From Blastocystis sp. subtype 4 (lineage: Eukaryota), in the NCBI RefSeq assembly GCF_000743755.1, contig NW_014569401.1, positions 1 through 46,975 on the forward strand: a stretch of 46,975 nucleotides of DNA, in the 5' to 3' direction. A model generated the notes under the pieces. It did no database searches. It had not been told where the DNA came from and saw nothing but the letters and a program-made list of their open reading frames with translations. Shown here piece by piece: positions 1 to 12,541 of this stretch. The stretch's first letter is position 1. Each line of letters starts with the position of its first letter. The translations under genes and the position numbers were made by a program.

Positions 1-3000
1 CATATGAACATCTCGTGATCCAGAGAGCAACAACACCACTTCACGCACTGTCAACAACTCCTCTTCATTCTCAAGCAGTTTCGTGAACAACTGAAGAGTG
101 AATGTTAGAAGATCACATCTCTGACCACCCTGATAAAAGGAAGAGAAAGAGGCAGCGATGAATGTTAGGAAGGATGTGTGATGATCACCAAGTTGGCTGA
201 GATTACTAATCAGTAGATCTAACAAGAGTTGAATAGCATAGACCAGTTCACAACCACGCAGTTGAGGTGTAGGAGGAGTTCCCAATTCTGTGGAATAATC
301 CTGTCTTATGTGGGATGAGACAGAATCAGAGTCCGATTGATTCAGATACGGCAAAGTTCGAGGATCAGAAGCAAGTTCTCGATAACGTGAATGAAGCTGC
401 TCACAACACTGTAACAGAGATGTGGCAAATGGAGGTAAGGCAGATGGAGTACGATCTACAATCACTTTGATAAGGTAAACTACTCGCCAGAGTCGCGTCG
501 GATGACGAGTATTGGAGGGAGGAATCAATTTGAGATCAGTTTGGAAGATGGAAATGAGAGTGTCTCGAATTGCATTCAATAACTGAAGGACAGTCGTGGA
601 ATAAGGCAAAGGACAAGAGAATATTTCTAGATATGAATGAGGATACGAAGAGATACCTGGTAACAGTTCAATCATACTTCCAAATACATAACCTCACACG
701 ACAGATCTTCTTCTGGAGATTCTCTGCATTCTTCTCAAGGAATTCATTCTTGAAGTATCCGAGTGACATCGCACTAATTCGGAACGAAACAATGAATGGC
801 ATAATTAGTCGGTATAATTGATCATCACTTTGTGAGCTTGAAGCATCTGCTAGCATCTGGAGTGTCTTCTCTGTCTGAGATGACGGTTTTTCCAGTTCAT
901 CCAGAGAGAGAGGTTGACGAGGTGTAAGCTGAAGGATTGTCTTCACTAACTCACATCCTCGCTTGAAGAGGAACTGTTCTTGGGGAGCCACGACTGAATA
1001 CTGGAGTACACGACATACACTGATTAGCATATGAAGATTGATAAACCGTTGTCTCTCATCACTAGGATAAGTGATATCACGTTGAGACTCTTCATTCATC
1101 TTTGTCGTATCTCGTTGTCTTCGATAGTAATATGCTGCTACAAGAGAAATGATATCAACTAACAGTTCACGATGTTGATATGACCGTAATACTAAAGATT
1201 TTGAAGATGACAAAATTTGGAAGAAAAGTGGATCTCCATAAGAATAAAAGAATTCAGGAGATTGAATAATTAACTTCCAGATATGAATTTGTTGTTCCAC
1301 GATATGATCATTCATAAGAAGATTCATGTGAACTCGTTTACATAACTTCATTTGTGTGGTTGAATCAAGTTTCAACATTCCTAGAAATGAAACATATAAG
1401 ACATAAAGACGAGATGATAAGATTTGTGAAGCTCGATAAATGATATCCAAATAAGGATTATTGAAGAGATGAATGATGTTCAGATATAAACGAGTTACCA
1501 AGTCATCCGTCTGATATACTTTAACAAACTGACAGAGGAACAATAGAGCATAGGCCACTTGAAGATCATTTGTTCCTCGATAGAGATCCCAAGCGAAACT
1601 GAAGAGGATGGATCGATAAGACATTAAGTGATCACTTAGATACTGGATACACACCGTATTCAGTTTTAGAAGAGCAACAAGATACGTCGGAGAGGAAAAT
1701 GGTGTTTTTGGAGTGAGTGTAGGAAGATAGTTGACATAACTGTCAATGAAGGAAGGAGTGAAGACTTCAGAGAGGGTTAATGAATGATTATTACATCTAG
1801 AAATGAAAACAAGAGAAAAAAGAAACGTGGCAGAAATCAGAGGGATTATTGCATCCTCAATACAATACATTTTCTTTGTATCATCAACTGATGCATCTTG
1901 CAGAAGCTGAACGAAATCCCTATAATTCAAATCTCTTCTTCAGACATACAGAAGAACTGCTTCACGTTGACTGCTCGATAGAATCTTTGGTAAAGTAACT
2001 TGATAGTATTCAGTCAGATTCTGGAGTGATAACTGAGTAGGTGAAGCAAAACTGAAAGACAGTCGATTGGAGATGCGAGGATCCTATCTCTTATTCCACA
2101 CACGATCTCAAACAAAGTGATTCTTCATGATATACAGAAGAAGAACAAGAGTCATCTCCAATAGAGACACATTATCGCCTTCTTGAGTAAGTCCTTGGAA
2201 GTTAGTGCTTGGCTGAGAACGAGCTGCTTGAATTTGCTCATCAGTCTCCTTCATATTCTTTGTATAGCTGGTATAAAAATGATTCCAGACATACTGGATG
2301 GTTTGAATAATGCCTGCGTCTTCAAACAGAAGAGAATACTGTTTTGTGATGAAAAGCTATCCATGAGAAGTGAAAGAGATTTGTACAATTCGGAAGATAT
2401 GAACAGGAATGGAAGCAGCAGGGTTCAGAGGTGGCTCATCAAGATATCGTGTCACCAAGGAGTCAAAATGGGTCCAATTGGCGCAGACTGCTTTTAAGAA
2501 GGGTTCAACTGAATCTGCTGCAAGGAAGGCACCCAAGAGAGTTTGTACGAAGCTGGCATAAGCAATATTCGGAAGGTCCTGTTGAAAGGGAGTGGAAGGA
2601 TTAGGACGTGTGGATAGAAGGAAGGCAATACAAGTGGATGCATTATGAGTGATACAAGCAGCGAATGGTTTGAACTAAATGAGAGAAGAGAAATAGCACT
2701 ACGAGAACAGTAGTAGTTGTGAAGGAAGAACAGGTATGAGAAAGTATTTGAATGAATGAGGGAGTGAAAGTGAAGAGATCGCAGAATTGTTCTGTAGAGA
2801 CTGGAAGTGAAGCTAAGATCCAGTAGCAATGAAGGATCACTTGAAGAGTGGTATTCTAATTCATTATGATCCACAAATCCTTACATTCACTGTATGCAAA
2901 GAGGCTATACTAGAACGAATGGCACTCAGACAACGCATGACCGCAAGACTTACACGATCCTGACCAGTAGGAAGATAAGGTGCTAATCGTTCCAACTGGA

Positions 3001-6000
3001 TCAAATCGAAGAGGGGTACTTCGTGTTGTACTTGAATCTCTGCAGCTAATTGCGACAGATACTCTTCGCGTGCAGCAGGATGCAATTGAGTTGGAATGGT
3101 GGAATCGAGAGTTGCAAGGAAGGGAAGAAGTGGAAGTACATTATTGCTCACAGTTTTAACACTGCATCCTGCAGCTATTGTGATACAATGAATGATCTGT
3201 TTGGTATAGAGAAGAGGCGAGTGAGTTTGCACACAGAGTAATGAATACTGTCGAATTAAGCTTACACAAACACGAAAGAGTTGGAGATCTAGAGGTAACC
3301 CAAAGTAGAATCCCATTGCAGGAGTAGGAGCAATCGATGGATCAACTACATGTCAGATAGGATTAGAAATGAAACCAGGATCCAATTCATTGTATGTTTT
3401 CACATTATTCTCCATTGGACTATTCATACAAGTTCGGAGAGCTTCTGTAACCACGGTTTGAACACAATGATCCTTAGGCAAGAATACCTGGAGTCGTAAT
3501 GCTAACTCCATCGCAGCAAAAATACTACTGGGGAAACCCAATCAATTCACTTACCTCATTTGTTGTTGTGGTACAAGTTTCCCACACTGATCAAACTCCT
3601 TACGCTCATGGAGGAGTTGATGGAGAATGGGTCGAAGTGAATTACAGGAAGGGAGTGTGATCAGTTCAGAAACGAGACAATAAGCAACTTGCTGCGGTGG
3701 ACAATAGAAGAGTAATAACTGTTCAACTAGAACAGCAAGACAATCCCGTTGACGTTGACTTTTAAGAGCTGCTTCAGATTGGAGATAGGCAATCAAATCA
3801 CTTGACAGACTGGTCGTGTTGATAGCAAAATGCGAGATACTAGAGATGAGTCTATTCAACTGAAGTTACGATTTACCCCACTCAATATCAAGTCCTTTGG
3901 TAAAGATAATGTGAGTGAGAGAGATACAATCTACAGCGACAGAGTGAACCCATTCAGAAGGAATGGCACCTAACACCTCAAAGACACTTCGAAGCACTAG
4001 TCCACACTCCCGCGCCACAATCACATCAGGAAGACGTTTGAACCAGAAGAGAAGAAGATCACAAACACATCGCTAAAATGATAAGAAAAGAGAGAATCCT
4101 ACCCGACTGCGCCATGTTCCATCGTGAATGACGTGAAGGAATTCATGAAGAAGCTCTTCCCAGCAAGGAACAAGAACAGTAAGAAAAGTGGATGGCGAAT
4201 CATCCAGAAGTGTCCATAACTGATTTGAGATCTGAATGGCTACCTCAACACACACTTCATCACCTCGATAAAACAAAGCTGTGAGGGATTTAAAGAGGAC
4301 GGTAGGCGATAGAGAATAATCTGTGTTGAGAATAAAAGGGAATGGAGGAGGCATGACTCCCAAGAACGATTGAGAGAGAATCTCATCTGTCATGTTTTGA
4401 GCTTTACGCCAGAGGGTAGAATAGGACGAATTGGGACAAACCTGTTGTCTCATAAGACACACAAGGGAGATGACAATACGTGTAACACTCTGATAGGCTT
4501 GATCCTTCACTTCGGAGTCACAGCAAGCTAAGAGAAGACCCAATAGCATCAAGCAAACAACTCGTTCTGTTTCATTATTCCCTTTGATCTCCACTTGAAC
4601 AACTTGTTCTAAACGATAAGTAAGAGCTGGATTAATGAATCCTGGAGATTGGAAACATGCAGTAATACACTGTTCTAATAAATGAATCGCCGCCTTCTTG
4701 TAGGTACGACGAACACCTCGTAACATCCGAATATTTGTAACTGGTGTTCGTAACATCGTAGCCAACTTGGTTTCAGTCTGATCTAAAGACTCCACAATGA
4801 GATTTCGCTCAAGGAGAGATACAGCCACTTCCAACACATCATCCAATGGATATGAGTGACCATTGACAAGGACAAGATAACCAGAAGAAGGAGAAATGGA
4901 TGGAAGTGAAATGGAACCCTTGAGAGAAGAACGTGCTTTGCCTCCAAGTCGTCCCAAGATCGTGAGTGCGAGAGATGATATAGTATTATTTGATGAGTTG
5001 TGTAGAATGGTATACAGAGAGGCAATGAACTCATGCCGACATACATCACGCTGCATGAGACCGATGACTTGTTCAGGGGTCAGTCGAGTGAGGAAATTGT
5101 CAATCAGACTCAATGCTAGAGATGAAATAAAACGAGATATAATTACCACTTCGCTGAAGGGAGTCTGGACCAGCCAATCCCTTCACATAGAAATTGATTA
5201 ACGAGGTCATTAAGGTGAGGATCTGCTGTGTATTCAGAGGTACTCGATATGTGATTTCAAAGACACGTTCTTTGGTATGTGGATCAGTAGCTACTTGAAT
5301 GATATGCGTCATTTGATAGATAAGCGGTCGTAGCAAAGTGTTCAACTCAACGGAGAGTTCATTGAAAGTATTATGCTGAAAAATGTTCAAACAACCATAA
5401 AGAACATCAAGATAATAACTCCAATGTGAGGTTATCATGAGTCGCTGAATACATTCACAGAGAAGACGTTTCAAATACGGTTTGAATATAGCTTCTTCAG
5501 CTGGCATAATATTAATCTGAGTACAAAAGACTCGAAAGAGAGTAAGAAGAACAGGAGGTGAATCTTGAGTACAGTCCAGATCAGCAAGGTGATTTGCAAT
5601 GAAATCAATTATGATACAAGAAGAGTATTTGAAAGATCCAATGTTACTCATAAGAGATTTGAAGAAAGTAAGAAAGATTGGATAAGTGATTGTAATTGGG
5701 TAGATATGAGGGAGTGTGAGAGAGAGAACATGACGAGCAATATGATCTGGTAATTCGCGAATGACTTCAGCGAAGTTGGATATGCGTGACTCTAACTGAT
5801 CCCGGGAACGAGTCTCATCGATTTGAAAGAGTTCACCACAATAGAACACGCCAATCACGTAACGATAGATAAGTGTAACGAAGCGTTCCGAGAATGGAAG
5901 AGGATCTACAGGCTGCTGATTGGTAGTATCAGGAAGAGGAGGTGATAGAGGTGGTTGAGTAACTTGAAGACCATTAGAGAGAGCTGAGAGTGTAGGAGAA

Positions 6001-8102
6001 GTCACTCGAGAAGAAGATGCTACTAAGGCAGGATCCGAAGGAGATGGATGTCGGAAGAACCGAACTATTTCTACCATTCCAGCAGTAATACCTTGTAGCA
6101 AGGATATAATATTATATCGACTCTCCTTAATCTCCACATCACCAATCGTTAAATACTTGGTTGAAGGAGTAACTCGTATGCCATACTCATCATATGCAGG
6201 AGTTGGGTGTGTATAAGGTTCATTGTTCATAAATGCAGTGAAACGAGCATTACTAGTCTCAGCATCTACACAAGCCTTCTTCACATCTCGAATTCGAGCA
6301 TCTCGTTGAGAAACACACTGCATATCTTCCACTTTCCTGACAAAAGTGAGAGCAATCCGATATAGCAATTCAACTACATATGAATTAGAGATCATGTTCA
6401 TACTCACAATATCACGTTGTGTCACTGTATACTGCCGGAGACTCTTAACTAATTCTGTTAGTGAGAATGTCATACGACGAAGAGTTCGGAAGGCAACTAC
6501 AGGATTCCCAAAGAAGAAACTGTAAATATAGGCGATATTTTGAATATCCACAAGTCGAAGCTTATTCTTCCTTGTAAGGAGAATATCGTTGACGATTTGC
6601 AAACGATGCTCAATCAATGAGGAATTCTCACACACACTTAACTGCAACGGAAACAGAACATCGCCTGTAAGAAGATAAGGAAGATGATTGATTAGAGAAG
6701 TCAAATTCAATTTGGGATCAACAAGAAGCTCCAGAATCTGTAACGCAATGTCTGATGAAGCAAGCTGGGAATGAGAGGGAAGAGAAAGAAATACCGATTC
6801 CCGCGGGAAATGTATAAGAATCTGAATAGTTCGCTGATAGATGATTTCAAGTCGATCTGGAGATGCTTGATTAAAACTCCTCAAGAAGGCAATATAAGCT
6901 GTAAGAGAGGAGCAAAGAACCCGAAGATACTGGAGGTACTGTTTTGGAGAGGTGATAGATGGACTGATGACCTCAGCAGCTGCCATGGAACCCAATGCAT
7001 CTACAGATAATGAGTAGAAAGAAGTAGGACTAAGGAGAGGAGTGGAATGTCGTTGGATAAGTGTTGAATAAACGCGGAAGAGTCGTTGGGTGATCATTAG
7101 AACCCGATCGAGGATAAGAATCGAGTGGAGGTTCGATGTAATGGGCTTATTCTGGATGTGAGACAGAGATCATAAAAAGACAGTGATAGCACTGTTGCGA
7201 TCTCGAAGAAGCATCGACGAAGGCTGATTAACGAGATCCACAGAGAGCGAACGACGACGTTCGCGTGTTGGTAGAGATGAGATGGGTGGAGTACTGCTAT
7301 TGGCAGAATCACTTGTGCTGACAGGGACATTCGGATTGGATGGAAGTAAGGGTAACGATACAGACCCTGTTGTAATCAAGGGTAAGGAGGCAGATGTATC
7401 TCCCGAAGTAGTTTCCGAATGGACTTTGGTTTGAGTTGTAAACGAACCAGATATCATGGTGGACGGTGGAGGAGTAGGAATCTAATCAAGAGTTAAACAT
7501 GAATCATACTTGAAGGTCTTCTGGTTCTTCAGCAGGAGCCTTTAGAAAATCCCAAGCTGAAGTAGAAAAGTTGGTAAAGGCAGTTTCAACTAGCCGCATA
7601 AAGGCATCAGCAGTATCTTGAGTAATCATTTGATAATAGGAACTCATGTAGAGGAGAGTTTGCACAATTACAACCCCATTGAGTTCATTCTCAACAGCAA
7701 AGTTCTGGATTTCAAGAAAGAGACTATCACATACTTGAAACAACAAATTTAATGCGACTGCGCGGTTTTTATCTGTATAGGACATTTTCATGGTCATCTT
7801 CCGAATGATCTGAAAGCAATAACTACAATTCAAATAGGACAAGTTTCAAATCACTTTCTAATGCGATGGTTCAAATCATCTTGAAGAGATATGGGAGTTG
7901 AATTCAAAATGTTCAATACGCGATAAAAGAGTTCTGAAGCAAGTTCAGGTGTTTTAAAAACATGCATATAATCGAATGCATATTTGACCTTATCCAACAG
8001 CTACATCATCAAGCCCTTTCTCATTTCTCTTACAGAGCCCTTCTCGACGTTTACGTTGCCAAGACTTGTCAATACAGATTGGGCTGCAACGTTTGTGGAC
8101 AT
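1..8102 (-). CDS. TRRAP: TRRAP/Tra1 PIKK-family scaffold, N-terminal HEAT region; multi-exon, continues past the left edge
   Basis: ORFs 5100-7097, 4073-5149, 668-1930 etc. join via ~30 nt GT-AG introns. Segments FEITYRVPL..LAGPDSLQ..LSLIDN and LTILGRLGGKAR match TRRAP (VELCLTVP...LGKLGGRNR). ATG inferred at 8102 (MSTNVAAQ). Confidence 0.8.
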
Positions 8103-8253
8103 TCTTAGCCGAGCTTTTGCAGTTTTAAAAGGCGCCAAAAGCAGCGCCTATTTTTGTCATTACTGCGGATCTGAAGAAAGTCTTTCAATCGATTCTGAAT
8201 ACGTTGAAGATGATAACAAACAGTTCAATTAAGAAAAGTCTAGAGAAGGCAAT

Positions 8254-8815
8254 CTACAGGAAATGAGGAGGAACCGGAGAATTAGGATCATTACTATGCA
8301 ATAAGATGAAAATACCTGAGATACTCCAGAAGAGATCCATCAAGTCCATTTTGTTTCATTCGCACTTTAACAGCATCTGCTGGTATTCCCATAGCCAACA
8401 ATTTATAGAAGTGACTAACTTGAGGATGATCCTTCCACAATACAGTAGATTTGTCTGAAGAGTCCAAAGCAGATTTATTCGGAGTATTAATTTCAGAAGA
8501 AGTAATTTTGACTGAGGTTGGTTGATCGTTCCCTTTCAACTTTTCTAAGAATTGCATTCCCTTATTACAGTCTAGATGAGAACAAATAAATTGAAGTTAC
8601 GGTCTTCTTGCTTAGCACTATCCATTTTGGTTTCGAGCAGAGATAATGCTGCTTCGAGTTCACAAATCCGATTGTTGATTCGATTTAATTTGGATTCACA
8701 ACTAGAAGTCTAATTTCTGCAATGAGTAATGTTACGATTGCGAGAAGTCGTTAATAAAGGATGTTGTTGATAAAATAAACTCGTTAATTGCAAGAATCGT
8801 ACTATCACAATTCAT
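8254..8815 (-). CDS. WASHC3: WASH complex subunit 3 (CCDC53), multi-exon
   Basis: Spliced product has INEFILSTTSFINDFS..CESKL..LETKMDS and KDHPQVSHFYKLLAMGIP..VKVRMKQNGLD, both CCDC53 signatures. TAG at 8254-8256; TGTTTGTT at 8222-8215. Confidence 0.85.
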
Positions 8816-8853
8816 GATAACAAAACAGTGTACTACGATAAAGTACAACCATA

Positions 8854-9423
8854 TTATTGATGCTTCGCATTATTGTATACCCATGTCAAAACAGACTGAT
8901 ATGTTCCAACAGCCAATCCTTGGGCTTTGAGATGGTGATATATATACTTGGACATTTCTTTCTTTGTCATATTGGGATATTGAATCTTCAGAGTAGAAAG
9001 CAAAGAATGCATGACATCCTTTGTCTTCTGAGAAAAGACAACTCTTGTTGAGCGTTTTCGCTCGGACTTGACTTCAGTTCCGCTTTCAGCAGCCTGTAAT
9101 GGAGGCAAATAACTAGAGAGAGCTAGTACTAATAAGAAATGAAATTGATCACCTGCAGAATTGTTAGGTATTGACGAATCCGTTTGTACTGGGGTAACAG
9201 GCGCAGATCCGCTGGAAGATGCATTGATGTTCGAAACCGTAGGAGTAGTTACAGTTGAAGACAAATTAGATATATGGGATTGTGTTGTATTCATAGTCGT
9301 TTGCAGCAATTGCTTGGTGTTAGTCACAAGAGAATCACATGGAACCACATAGAATGAGATGTAATCATCATCACATTCTTAGAGTCATTTGAATTATATA
9401 CTCCTACTTAGCAGTGTATTCAT
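8854..9423 (-). CDS. Hypothetical protein with C-terminal homeodomain-like helix-turn-helix
   Basis: ORF 8854-9348 plus a 30-nt upstream intron; start at 9423 or 9539. C-terminus RKRSTRVVFS...YP...VLTWVYNN. Confidence 0.5.
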
Positions 9424-9599
9424 AATAGTATCATAGAGGTTTAGTTTGAATGAACCGCAGAACAGTGATAATGCCTATAGGTATAATAATGCAGCAAGAA
9501 TACCATCACCACTCTTGAAATCAACAAAGAAGTAACCATTATAACAAAAGATAAATTCCCGCGGTTTTTAGGCTGTGTAAGAGTATTAACAAACAAGAT

Positions 9600-10508
9600 A
9601 GGATTTCTTGATTTTGATCATTTTCCGAATCAAATGATCCATTGTAGCACACTTATCAACATCATCTATCACAACTTCCTCATTTACTCTTCGTTTCTTC
9701 GTTTCGTTAGTTGAAGCATGCTAGATGTTATACCATTGGATTACTCTAACAAGGAGATTCCACAGTTGGTTTTGTTCTTTGATGCGTTGTTCCTGTTCTG
9801 GGATGTGTTCCTCTACTTGATGAAGAGCAGAAACAGATTTAGAAGAGGTGGTATCACGATTATAGGTAGGAGAGGAACTTTTAAAGGTACTTCTTGCAGG
9901 CCTGAGAAGAGATGTGTGCTTCCTTTGCTTCTTTGAGTCCGGAATTCGGATAAGCACCGATTCCTTCTTTGCAGCAGCCATTGTGCGTTGATCCCAAACA
10001 CGAATCGTCTTGGTGATCTCCTCACACAGTCGACTATTGGCATGTTTCTTTAATGTACGCAACTGCTTAACAGATCCAGAGAGCTTTAATATACTCAACG
10101 TCACTGGTAGATCCCTAAACTTGATTATCAGGTTTACGGCCTTCTCTTCTTCTTCGTTGATTATTGCAGATTCTAGAGCAGAGTAATATTCTTTTAGTTT
10201 ATCAACAACTCTTGACTCCGATATGGACTTCTCTTCACGGGACAACACAACATTCCTGGAATAAGACTTGTTGATTTCCTTAATGCAAGACGCAAATGCT
10301 GTTGAGATCAATCGATTCGGATTGTCGATATTACTTGTGCAAAAGACTTTAACCCACTCGGGGGTCTATAAGTCAAGTCAAAAAGCAAAAACAACAGATT
10401 CGGGATGACTTGAAAATGTCTCTTCGATTTGCTTAGTTAACTTGATTATCGAATTTACAACCTATTTCCATGAGAATACAACTCACCAGAGCCTACATTT
10501 GCACTCAT
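9600..10508 (-). CDS. TFIIS N-terminal (LW/Med26-like) domain protein; start uncertain; stop predicted from poly(A)
   Basis: LPVTLSILKLSGSVKQLRTLKKH...IRVW resembles the TFIIS-N helical bundle. 30-nt intron 9750-9721, last exon ends at T9600. Confidence 0.6.
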
Positions 10509-10676
10509 TGAACTCACTTATTACAAATGGTAAATGGCATCCAATACAAGGACTCTTGCAGACAATGCAAATGTACAACTACCCTCGACACAATTGTTAA
10601 GCAAACCAATGGTTGCGAGAATTGATAGATAACCGCGAGTTGAGTCATCAGTTGATCAGGACAATTACAATCTGAA

Positions 10677-12518
10677 ATGCCTGCTCCCTTCCGACCGGAC
10701 TATGAGAGAAAGACTATCCCAACGGTCCCTATGATTGTGATTTCATTTGTTTCATTTCTTGACAACTTCTGCTATACACTCGTCAACCCCAATATTCCGT
10801 ATATGTGTAAAGTTTACTTTCCAGAAGTACAGTTTATCGAATGTTTGTTTTGTAGCTTTCTGATACGGAACTGGGTTTTTATTCTGGATGGATTACTGCT
10901 GCTTATTCTCTTGGTGGTGTCCCAGGAAATTTCTTTTGGGGTTGGTTTGCCGATCGCTATGGTCGTCGCTTGTCGATTACTCTTAGTATCATCGGTGTCA
11001 TTATAGCAATTAATATATTCGGATTGGCAACGGATTTCTGGATTGCTTTGTTCGGACGCTTTTTATGGGGGTTTCTAAACGGTAACTTGGGTATTGCAAA
11101 GACATATATTAGTGAAATTAGTAATGACTATACGCAAACACTGGGATTCTCCATTTTTCAAACTGTTGGAGGCATTTCATCGTAAGTCGTTCTGTATCCT
11201 CTTAATCTCTAGAACTGTAGGTCCTAGTGTTGGTGGTTTTTTGTCAAGACCTGAGGAGAACATTCCTGGTTTGACAAAGAAATTCCCAATACTTCGAGAA
11301 GTAGGACCGAAGGTTTGAGTTCATGCTAGTACCGCTACTATATCCCTTGTTTTGCTGCTTGTATTATCTGTTTTATCGTGCTTTTAACTGTTCTCTTCTT
11401 CCTTCCAGAAACTCTTTCAAAGGAGGATGTGAAGAAGAACATTGCATTGATGAAGAAATCCAAAGTGTGACTGAACGAATAGATTCATGAGTAGGAAGGT
11501 TTAGAACTCTTGCGCCAGAAGCGAGCTCGTGATCCCAAGTACAAACCCACTGAGGATGAGCGTATTCAAGAGCTTCTCATGGAAGGATCCTATTTCCGCT
11601 TGATGGTCAACAAGAAAATCTTATTATCCGTGTTCTTATATGGTGCATTATCACTCATTCAAGGAGGACATGATGCCTTGTATCCTGTATGGATGATCAA
11701 TCCTAAGTCCTCAAAGGGTTTCGAATGGACACAGACAGATGTTGGTTACTTGTACTCTCTCTTGGGTCCTGTTCAGATGCTCTCAGGACATATCCTTTTC
11801 ATTCTCATGTTAAACGCCCTTCATTCTACCTCTGTTGAATGGTGTAGCAGCTCGTTTATTAGGATACAAACGAATGTGGTTATACCCAGGTTATTTGTAC
11901 ATGTTCACCATTCTCATTACTCCTATCTGTGCTCTTACTCTTTCGTCTCCTTCTTGGGTATGTTATGTTTCTCTGATTTACATTCAGGTACAATGGTTTG
12001 TCATCTATTCGATTTATGCTGTCTCCTATGTTGCTCGTATTCTTCAGTTCACTGCTATTATTGTCATTATTTCCAATGTTTCGTATCCAGATTTCCGTGG
12101 AAAAGTGAATGGTATTGGCCAGGTGTTTGCTTCTCTAGGTCGTTTCATCGTAAGGAAGGATCTAGGATGTGAGTTTTAGGGACCTACCATTTCAACCAAT
12201 GTGTACGCATGGAGCATACAAAAGAATTATCCCTGGCCTTTAGATTTCGGTTTAATCTTCTACGTGAGTATTGGGAATGGGAGTGATGGATAGCTGCTTG
12301 GAATTCTCCAATTAGCTCACACATTGTTGATCTTCTATATGGATGACAGTGCGAATCACAGTACTCCCTCTATTCGACGATTCGTAAAGATGGAGATGGA
12401 GAAACGTAATGTCGAAATGGTTGAGATGAAAGACCAAGGAGATTTAAAGAAGGGAGAATCCGGAGATAAGTCGAATGAAGAACAAGAGACAAGTATTGTT
12501 GCAGTTCCGAATCTGTGA
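10677..12518 (+). CDS. MFS transporter (ZIF/ZIFL1-like), multi-exon including one AT-AC intron
   Basis: MFS motif A ([11 protein letters not shown]), [30 protein letters not shown]; many hydrophobic TM segments. Confidence 0.85.
11790..11829 (+). other. U12-type AT-AC intron, 40 nt
   Basis: ATATCCTTTT...CCCTTCATTCTAC. Removal joins ORF 11510 to ORF 11835 in frame (SG-P-LLNG). Confidence 0.85.
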
Positions 12519-12520
12519 CT

Positions 12521-12537
12521 TCTTTGTTAAACAAACA
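12521..12537. terminator. Back-to-back poly(A) elements (TCTTTGTT on +, TGTTTGTT on -)
   Basis: TCTTTGTT-A-AACAAACA between the convergent MFS and Rpt4 genes. Confidence 0.8.
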
Positions 12538-12541
12538 CCTA

